A DNA stretch of 52,210 nt from Stramenopiles sp. TOSAG23-3 (Eukaryota), in NCBI GenBank assembly GCA_900128585.1, contig LT642160.1, forward strand, positions 1 to 52,210, read 5' to 3'. Position 1 is the first letter of the stretch. Every line of letters starts with the position of its first letter. The notes beneath the pieces are model-generated. The model had not been told where the DNA came from. It did no database searches and saw only the letters and a program-made list of their open reading frames with translations. Below, in pieces: positions 44,201 through 52,210 of this stretch. The position numbers and the translations under genes were made by a program.

Positions 44201-46639
44201 GCTTGATTCCTGGGAACAAAAGTTTGCAAAAAGTAGTCCATCAATAGCAGTACAGAATTGATCAAAATTTAGGCGCATGCTGTTCGAGGACTTGGACAGT
44301 GTAGCTTTGAACATGTTAATTGCCTGCTCGTAGGTTATCTTTTTCAGAATTCGACAGTCTTGAACAAAGAGAATAAATACATCCGAGGACATACTCTGCA
44401 CGTTAAGACCGTCCTCCAAGAATCGGTATTTTTCGTACAACGTTTCAAGTATGGCTCGAAAATGCTTTTTGATGCCATCGATGAGCGGGTCTGTTTCCAC
44501 GTCATCGTTGACTTCGGTCTCAATGGCCCTTCCAAATTTTACACGAAATGTTGGGTCCATGACTTTGAAAATTTCTTGCATTGGAAATTCCCATTCGTAC
44601 GGCATTTTTTCAAACACGAAAGCGTTTGTAGCGCACAAACTCAAGGCATGCATAAACTCTGGAAACGTCAATTGTCCGTGCAATATCTGGCCTCGCAGTC
44701 GCCGACTTTGCTCGACTGCAAACATGAACTGTCCTTGGTTCACACACTTCCCCTCTCTGATAGAGGAAGCATCATTATTTTCGGGGTCGTAGAACGTGTA
44801 TTTTTTCGTTACCGAAGCTACTTCGGTCAATATCTGTTCTACAAAGAACTCCTGGGCAGGCAATTGGTCCTCGCCAGCGTGGTGTAAAATTTGGGCCAAG
44901 TCGTGGATAAACACATGACCTTCCTTGTCTGAGTGTAGCTTAAATTCTTGCTCAAGTTTTTCTTCTGCGTGATGGGACAGTACATACTGTCGCTCCCCAC
45001 AAAACACACAGTATTTTGCAGATATGTTTCCCTTTTTGTGACGCCCTTCTCCCACGGTTATATGACTGCTGAATTTGCATCTATGGAACGGATCGGTGCG
45101 TGTACCTTGTGCTGCAGACAGGAAAGAGTGCAATAGAGAAAATCTGCAGCGTTTGTCGTTTCCTATATATTTTGGATATATGCCAAAATCACTTGCAAAT
45201 CGTATAAAGTTCGAGTAGTCCATGCGCAAACGTTCGGAGACGGCGTCCTCCCAACTTTTTCTTTGATTAATCGCAAGGTCCCATGCCTGCGAACTGTAAT
45301 AGACAAAAAGGCTTTTCAAATTGTTTTCGAATCTTAGCCACCACCGAACATGGTCTTCAAAATTGAGCAGGTTTCGGCCGATTACAGTCAAACCACTGCA
45401 CAATTCGGATTCAGACGTATGGTGATTGCTCGGGGCGACGTGATACCTATGCAACTGCTTTAAAGCGTGCTTCGCGTGGACGTCCTGGGTAGTGCTTCGT
45501 GGGGGCAATTTTTTCTTCTGACAGGCCGCACACCGGCAACTTGGTTCTGGCTGGTACACTTTGGGCGCTATTTCGAGCAAGACAGACTTTAACCCAGCCA
45601 ATTTTAAGCCTAAATCGTGCAAAGAGGTCGTTTTACCCTTCTTCTTCTTTTTTTTATCCTTCGTTGCCGTTGCTTTGGCCGTCTTCAGATTGTCGCCGAT
45701 GTGTTTTTGCCAAAATTTCAAGAAGTCTCTTTCACTCAAATGGCTCTCTCCATTTAGAAGTTTTTCGGCGTCTTTTACAGTGTCATGATTACAGCCTAGA
45801 TTCTTCAAGCATTCGCTGATGATAATTGGTGAGAATTTTCCATCGTGCGTTGTACTTACGTGCAAGTAGCTGAACCTAGCCCTGACTTTTTCCCTCTCCT
45901 CATTAATCTGGACGGCGTACTTCTTGAACAAGCGCGATATTTCTCCATGGGTGACCCCGTTGCAGAGAAGCTTAAAGTCCCGCAACATTATAATAAGATA
46001 GCTGAACGAGATTGCTTTCGAAAAGTAGATAAAGTTTTTCCCTAACGAAAGACCAGACTTTGACTTTTTGTAAAACCGCCTGAAATCAACGTTAACTTCC
46101 AGACACCGTCGAATAGCCCGCTTGTGAACTTTCTTGCAGCAGAATCGCTTCGCTTCTTCGAAGGACATTTTGTCGTCAAGTGTTGACTTTAATCCACTCT
46201 CTTTGTAATAACTTTGCAACGCATTTAGGTCCTCCGCTGACTTGAAAAACTTGGACCATTTTTCAACATCAGAGTGTGCATTGAAATAGTAGCGCTCTTT
46301 CCTCGTTTCTAACTCGCTCTGTCGGTCTGTATAATAGTTGAACGCGTTCTGAAAACTCCAGTCTTTGGCGTAGCGATGTTCTGCCTTGTGCCTGGGCATA
46401 TGGAATAGTCTCGCCAAAAACCCACGGGAACAAGCCTGCAGCCGTCTAATTGATCGAAGTGCATTGGCATGAATTTTTTCGTTCATTACCAGGGCAGCGG
46501 CATCCTCCTTTGCCTTTCTTTTCGTGTCCTCTAATTCCTTGCGCCTTCTTGCACGGTAGGTAAGGGGATCTACCTTGGGCGTCTTCTTCGCAGCAGTTTT
46601 TTTGCTGCCCCCCTTCGAAGAAGAAGCTTTAGGAGGCAT
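41285..46639 (-). CDS. Large protein with IQ motif, EF-hand-like segments and C-terminal TPR repeats
   Basis: 1784-aa ORF. IRRLQACSRGFLAR (IQ-like), LTFPEFMHAL and LNFDQFCTAI (EF-like), and TPR-like repeats such as AKGYQIIGNICSKQENYEEAIKNW and CWALGNLYVSMGEYAAARDQFEK. Confidence 0.8.
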   Translation of the reverse strand: MPPKASSSKGGSKKTAAKKTPKVDPLTYRARRRKELEDTKRKAKEDAAALVMNEKIHANALRSIRRLQACSRGFLARLFHMPRHKAEHRYAKDWSFQNAFNYYTDRQSELETRKERYYFNAHSDVEKWSKFFKSAEDLNALQSYYKESGLKSTLDDKMSFEEAKRFCCKKVHKRAIRRCLEVNVDFRRFYKKSKSGLSLGKNFIYFSKAISFSYLIIMLRDFKLLCNGVTHGEISRLFKKYAVQINEEREKVRARFSYLHVSTTHDGKFSPIIISECLKNLGCNHDTVKDAEKLLNGESHLSERDFLKFWQKHIGDNLKTAKATATKDKKKKKKGKTTSLHDLGLKLAGLKSVLLEIAPKVYQPEPSCRCAACQKKKLPPRSTTQDVHAKHALKQLHRYHVAPSNHHTSESELCSGLTVIGRNLLNFEDHVRWWLRFENNLKSLFVYYSSQAWDLAINQRKSWEDAVSERLRMDYSNFIRFASDFGIYPKYIGNDKRCRFSLLHSFLSAAQGTRTDPFHRCKFSSHITVGEGRHKKGNISAKYCVFCGERQYVLSHHAEEKLEQEFKLHSDKEGHVFIHDLAQILHHAGEDQLPAQEFFVEQILTEVASVTKKYTFYDPENNDASSIREGKCVNQGQFMFAVEQSRRLRGQILHGQLTFPEFMHALSLCATNAFVFEKMPYEWEFPMQEIFKVMDPTFRVKFGRAIETEVNDDVETDPLIDGIKKHFRAILETLYEKYRFLEDGLNVQSMSSDVFILFVQDCRILKKITYEQAINMFKATLSKSSNSMRLNFDQFCTAIDGLLFANFCSQESSPAPLSYFEPIGPGTGITHYGLTLRNAIAKLKVLYEQYNPVGRSTSIAPRDGPNMTRKSPERTMSPKNKQRKNKNRAGSFLRMASGKGDKHGGNSIARSRLKRAIRQKTGNMMKLSKLGFGTAFRREARAVHVERMIWDVLEEEEEISRNNQASLEAEPLPKPQLAEEAELVVSKKVPKAPSTNIRSRIGGKKRPGRTLKLAEGAFSFGRPMFKTKKKASVISAGLESRSKYLNLWEANSRQFKDIVGREKEISCVSPEPHQPLSKALFMGVFMDSQQRIKDKNAISVQTMHEQVMAMTRKQSTRKETMLSAVCNAPYHPGFGHLCLNSCVRMLDPGSEQDVEVIEQFFEAQQDLQDGKFNAATAMLKKALSTTVDLLLEFHNVTAPNDAGKTNARNENRRFDPVFDLHDERSQRASHILEALACVADAHNNHEDSEGYRNQQIHSAKSASSRTRGQLLVLAWESMGTYFARQEKTQDALKQFLQCRGEFESVADPHIKCRIMIALATLYQRLKNSPEAINCVQYYINIMQKEKDYKMQAKGYQIIGNICSKQENYEEAIKNWKDCLVYLPKRSLKRTAIHECIAAALEKSKKFQDAAVQYNSIVALQKNRVIACRYLFSQAKCHLSFLHLVSDKDKNSSSDSEEAAQPSSVSPRSKSYSYRSAIRLYEKFIGLRSVDDTLEAYKDVATAYLRLGDVLSFFGQEYHSAIGAYEESRKLANRIEIGVHGTPLMAQALYKLGCSMSLIGENHEAVTVLHRALLSSLDSGQPQLTCNIYKHLGRLKITFHENKDAKKYFGRCLALTNEDSAGHDVMGAHFDLGMCMLQTFDDSNERDEKSLAVLEEGIFHFNKLLDKAVKFKNEKRRAQSFAGLAECKWRMGENLQAVEDYNRCITQQKALGDTRGEMEQCWALGNLYVSMGEYAAARDQFEKQIKLAALHKDATAMQNGANMLSNVYTEIYRVESRSTPSATTQ

Positions 46640-47960
46640 TGTGTTGGAGATCTTGATCCTGCGCCCACTCCCTCGACGAGTATCAAAACATAAAGCAGAC
46701 CAGACAGACCAGAGTCTTTTTCGTGCAACGAATAGTGAGGTAAATAAAATCTGTCCCTTCTGTTTTCCAAGGTGCTGGTATTCGTGTAGATGGAATGGGT
46801 TGAGACAGTTGCTTTCCGAGGTGGGGGTTTTTTCTTTTTTTTATTTGGTTGTTGTTTGCTAGTGGACTGCTCTGCTTACTATGTTGTTTCGACTACTATT
46901 ATTTTGTAACCGCTGGTTGCTGTGTTGCTGTTAGCAAACGGCAACCGGGAGAAAAACTTTATTTTCAAGCAGTTGTTCAACGTCATTTATGAGTACATTT
47001 ATTCATAAAGTAATAATGATTTACCTATTTACACAATTTGTTCAATGCTGTCTTTATTTATAAACCCAATGAAGAATTAGTGAGTCTTGGTATAAAATAG
47101 TAATAAGGTAGTAAACTGAATTTTGTGGTATTGTTTTTACGAAAATACCTATCTAAAATTTAAATTATCTCATAGCCAACAAACAGCCAACCCCTTCCTC
47201 TAGTTACGTAGTCATCTACTTAGTAGTTAATACGAGGAGTTATTTTAGTTCTAAATAGTGTTATTATTATAGAGAAGTAATTTAATAAAGAGGAGCGCGA
47301 GCCCTCCACACAGTGTATCCATCATTGAGAAAAAAAAGAAGATCTTTGTTTTCCATAAATTAAGGCATTATTTATTCTTTGTTAAACTAGAACAGACTAT
47401 GTATTAATATTCTCTATTTATAAAATAAAAAAACAAAGCAATTATGAACATATAATATGCCCTTAATATATAAAGCAAGAATAGATATTTTCTATTTGTT
47501 TCAGTAGATAATTACAAGCGATTTTTTATTATTTATATTACAACAACATGGCTACAGCAAAGGAATTAAAAATTAAGATCTTTTTTTTACTTGTTTTTGA
47601 TGCTACTACACGTACCAAGGTAGCTGACGACGACACTGAGGAAAAAAAAAAATGAAGAAGGAACTTAGTGCAAGAAGTTGTTAAAATCCAATGTCAACAA
47701 TGCTATTTAGTAGTTAGTAGAATTAATATTAAAAAAAAAAATAAGAATAATATTTAAATATTAAAATAATAATATATAATAAAAAAATTATTGATTGTTT
47801 TTTTAGGGCGAGCGAGTTTATCAGAATTGATTATGGAAAATGTAGATTTTGTTTTCAAAATGGATAAGAGAAGTAAAGAAATAAAGAACAGAAAGGTTTG
47901 GAACTATTCGAATCATCGTTAGCCCCAGTTCATATTCACACATTTTCTGTCTTTAATAAT

Positions 47961-50900
47961 ATGCCAAAACAAAACTCGGACGGCCCGGACGGCCCGGACG
48001 GCCCGAAGCAAATCCTCTTGACTCCCAGGTCGACGTTTGACGCAAACGCCAAAGCTGGAGACGTGGTGTTGGACGTTGGCGGTAAGACAGGGCCTACCAA
48101 AAAGAATATATTCGTGAATGCCAACAAGAAGTGCTTACCAAATCAAGTTGTTGGGCAAGAATCGTCTGCTCCAAAACAGTTCGCGGACAACGTCATTGTA
48201 ACGTCGAAGTATACGGCTTTGAACGTTGTTCCGCTCTTTCTTTGGGAGCAGTTTTCCCGAGTGGCCAACGTGTATTTCTTGGCCGTTTCTGTACTTGAGA
48301 TGAACTGCTTCTTTCTTCCGGTCGCATCAGCGCCATTCAACATTTCACTGACCAATGGAAGTTCGACCAATCTGCCGATATTGGCTGCTGTGTTGCTGGT
48401 CGAACTCCTGACGCAACTCTCGGAAGACCGAAAAAAGCACGTTGCTGACAGTACGGCCAACGCAAAGCCTACCTTGGTCTACGATCCGACACGGAAAAAA
48501 ATGGCAGCTTGCCACTGGAGGGACTTGAAAGTCGGTGACATAGTGGAGGTAAGGCAGGGGGAAGAATTCCCGTGCGATTTGTTGCTCCTGTGTGGTAGAA
48601 CGAAAAAAGGTGGAGGGTGCCAGCAAGCCTACGTTGAGACAAAGAGCTTAGACGGGGAAACAAACCTGAAATTACGGGTAGCCCCGCCGGACATCTACAC
48701 TATTTTTCAGGAAGAAGGCAGAACGACAGAAGCCAAAGGAAGAGAAGCCCAGTTCGTACCAACTTTGAAGACGCTGGACGTTCTCACCGGCGCGATCTTA
48801 TCCTGCGATGACCCAAGGGATAACAGGACTTCAAAAAGTATTCACTCGTTTTTAGGAAACGTGAATGTTTCACAGATAGGCCGGGCCGTGGAGCACGATA
48901 ATTTTCCTGTGAACGAAAAGAACATCTTGCTTAGGGAATGCCGTTTAAAAAATACGGACATGGTCTACGGTCTTGTCATAAATACTGGGCCAGATACCAA
49001 AGTAATGAAAAGTACGACGGAAGCAAAACCGAAGGTAAGCGATTTGGACAGAACCCTGAACCAAGTGTTGCTACTGTTTCTTGCAATCATGGTGGCGCTG
49101 TGCCTCGCTGGGGCGATTGTTGCCGTGGTGATGAACTCCACTGAACACAAGTTTTTAACGTATGTGCAGAAGGGTACCACAGCAAAGCCAGTAGAGAAAG
49201 TATTTTTTGAGTCTTTTTTTCTTTATTTCATCGGGATTGCCCAGATGATTCCCATCGCACTTTACGTCCAGCTCCGACTGGCGCGCATGGTGCAAAGCAA
49301 ACTGATTGAATGGGACGAAAACATGGTGCACGTGATCCCTCCGCAGTTCAGTCTCAGTGGTGAGGAGGAAGAAATACTCACGAAGGTGCGCACTGCCGAT
49401 CTAAACGATGAGTTGGGCCAAGTAGGTTTTATTTTTTCCGATAAAACAGGGACTTTGACCCAAAATATTATGGACTTTCGCAAAATGTCAGTTGCGGGAG
49501 TGGCGTACGGGAAAGGAACCACTATGATCGGCATCGCAGCCCTTGAAAAAGACGGCAAGTTCGAAGAGGCAGCGGCCCAAAAAGTAGAACTGGAAAAGCA
49601 AGAAAACAGGAAAGACAAAGTGCCGTACTGTTCCTATTTTGACGACGAAAACCAAAGCGCGTACGCGCACATGGCCCCGAGTTCGAAAAACAAGGCCCAA
49701 AAGGAAAAATTGGAAGAGTTTTTTAGAACCCTTGCCCTGTGCCACAGCGTTGAAGTCGAACATCGTGGAAATTCCCTATTTTACTCCTCCTCCTCGCCCG
49801 ACGAGCAAGCGCTTGTGGCAGGCGCGAAGCATTTTGGATTTTTATACGAAGACCAGAAGCAAGGCGTTCACCCGACCACTAAAAAGAAAGGGGCCTTTCG
49901 GTTCGTTCGGCGTGCGCCGCCCGGAGTGTTTGACAAAATGCCACTTGCAGAGGCCCTTGGTCCGAAAACGAAGTGTGAGAAATGGCAAGTGCTGGAAGTC
50001 ATGGAGTTCACGAGCAAGCGCAAGCGAATGAGCGTTGTCGTTGAGTCTCAGGGCAAAATTAAGCTCTTGACGAAGGGGGCAGACAGCGTCGTGTTCAAAT
50101 GTCTAAAAGCTTCCGAAAAGAAAACGAAACTGTTTGGGCAAACAAAAAAAGACTTGCTGTCCTTCGCGGACGATGGCTTGCGGACGCTTGCGGTCGCGTA
50201 CCGATACATTCCGCGGAACGAATTTGTAAAATGGAAGAAAGAGTTTGATGCTGTCTTGAACGACGAGGAGCAGCAAGCATTAAAGAAGAAGCAAGTGCCG
50301 AACAAGATTGATGATAAAATGGGGGAATTGGAGCGGGAACTGATTCTGCTCGGGTCAACGGCAATCGAGGACAAGCTGCAAGTTGGTGTGCCTTCCGCCA
50401 TTGCTGACATGGCCAAGGCTGGGGTCAAGCTTTGGGTGTTGACGGGGGACAAGGAAGAAACCGCAATAAACATTGGATTCGCCTGCCAATTGCTGAATAC
50501 GGAGATGCCGCGCTGCGTTGTTCGAGGGGTGACGACGGAGGCACCACACCGCATGAAAACAGAAGAGGAGTTAAAAATGGAACTGGACCAAGCCTTTGCA
50601 GCTCTGCAGAAACGAATAGGAGACGGAGACTCACGCCCCCAAGCTCTGGTCATCGACGGAAGTGCTCTGGAAGTTGCACTTGACAACACCAAACCGGCGG
50701 ACCCTATATACCAATCACTGCTGCGTTATTCGACTTCGTGCAAAGCTGTTATTGGATGCCGGGTCAGCCCTTTGCAGAAGTCACTGATGGTCAAGTTGGT
50801 AAAGGACAACTCCCCAGGGATCAAAACGCTAGCGATCGGCGATGGTGCAAATGACGTCCCGATGATACAGCAGGCTCATATTGGCATCGGCATTGCAGGC

Positions 50901-52063
50901 CAAGAAGGCATGCAAGCAGTTCTGGCGAGCGATTATGCAATTGGGCAGTTTCGTTTCATGAAACGCCTGACACTTGTGCACGGAAGAGAAAACTACCGCA
51001 GGGCTTCAGCCCTAGTGAATTACATGTTCTATAAAAATGTGCTGCTGTGCCTCGTGCCATACATATACAAGATTGTAAACAACACTACGGAAGACGGCAT
51101 TATGCGCTGGATTGGGGTCAGTTTCTTCAACATCACACAAACTGGGATGCCCATATTCTTTCTTGCGTGCTACGACCGAATGTGTAATGACACGAGTGCG
51201 CTGAGCTTTCCACGGTTGTACAAACCTGGTCCAGCCAAAGAGTACTTCAACAGCAAAGTGTTTCTACGTTGGCTGAGCGAAGCCATGGTTCATGGAGCAC
51301 TATGTTACTTTATCGCAGTGAATTGTTTTGCAGAAACAGACATGACCACTGAAGTGAATGGGATGATTATGGCGTGGTTTTTAGCCACGGCGTGCAACAT
51401 TCGAGTAGGTTTCGAGTACGTCCGGGTATACACAAAAACCATTATCTATCCGCCGAACACAATCATCGCAATTACTCTTAGTATGCTCGCGTTCCCAGTG
51501 CTGTTTTTGGCTTTCAGTATGCAATATACTTTTGACTTTGGGGTACAGGATGACGGAGCTCGTTTCTTCGGAGTGGCAATAGAAACGTTTGGCACGCCCC
51601 GGGTATGGCTAGGGTTCGCATAAAACGGCGATTTATGACATCGTTCTTAGATATGGTCAATGAATACGAACAGGTCGAAGAGAGTGGTACATCGCCCGAA
51701 CGTGCAAAGGAAATGAAAGAACACTTGATGTCTCTGGACAAAAAGTTGTGGATAGAAGAATGCGGCGGAGAGAAAGAACAAGTACGAAGAAGAAAGGTAT
51801 CGAATATGGAGGAGAGTATGAGACATGCCAGCGTGATGAGCGATGCCTCCTCTGGTAAGTGGGATGCTTACCATACCGGGGCCAACTTTGGCCACGACGA
51901 TGAAACTGCGGCTCTGGAAGCTAGCTTGCACAGGAAGCATATCCGAATCGCGACCCTCACCGACCTTTCAATGTTTGCCAACAAGAAAGCCCACAAAACG
52001 AGTACGAAACAAAGACCAGGAAAGGGTCCAGAACTTGTGAGGGGAAGGAACTCTTGGGCGTAA
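47961..52063 (+). CDS. P4-type ATPase (phospholipid flippase); reading frame breaks near 51619
   Basis: NVIVTSKY, ETKSLDGETNLK, IPIALYV, FSDKTGTLTQN, SSSPDEQALV, FTSKRKRMS, LTGDKEETA and GDGANDV. ORF 51605-52063 supplies the cytosolic tail (IKRRF...DMVNE). Confidence 0.93.
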
Positions 52064-52132
52064 GGTTTTATACTGTTACCACTCACGCGTACATTTTACC
52101 CATGTGTGTACATTACGAATTTAAGAAAAAGT

Positions 52133-52199
52133 AATAAAACAAGAAAATTGGCTGTTATTTAAGTAATTAAATTTAGCTTCGTCGTACCCTAATCCTAAC
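52133..52199 (+). repeat. Dispersed non-coding element, long copy downstream of the P4-ATPase stop
   Basis: Near-identical to 129-194. Confidence 0.85.
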
Positions 52200-52210
52200 T
52201 TGGTTCTGTA

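Overview
Gene-dense, apparently almost intronless eukaryotic DNA: about 20 protein-coding genes of moderate GC separated by AT-rich, low-complexity spacers, with five N gaps. Gene content (ciliary PapD/ASH-type and coiled-coil proteins, kinesin, P4-ATPase, DHHC, SRR1, GT47/GT49, LPMO, bacterial-type FadH, NodU-type carbamoyltransferase, DUF4832-like hydrolase) suggests a flagellated protist, possibly a marine stramenopile; this is inference only. I saw no rRNA, tRNA, CRISPR array or intact transposase. The most unusual items are: (1) a protein built from at least 7 tandem 51-aa AP2/integrase-like DNA-binding modules whose putative DNA-reading strands vary while the helix is conserved; (2) an AA13-like LPMO with Trp at the axial Tyr position; (3) a signal-peptide-bearing NodU/CmcH carbamoyltransferase among several other glycan enzymes; (4) a sirtuin and a DHHC enzyme that have both lost their zinc ligands; (5) a dispersed non-coding element found 50-70 nt after several stop codons; (6) a ~1 kb mosaic of gene fragments. 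Several oddities (FadH frameshift, missing last helix of the ATPase, the mosaic) may be sequencing or assembly artefacts. All family assignments come from motif recognition by eye, not database searches.
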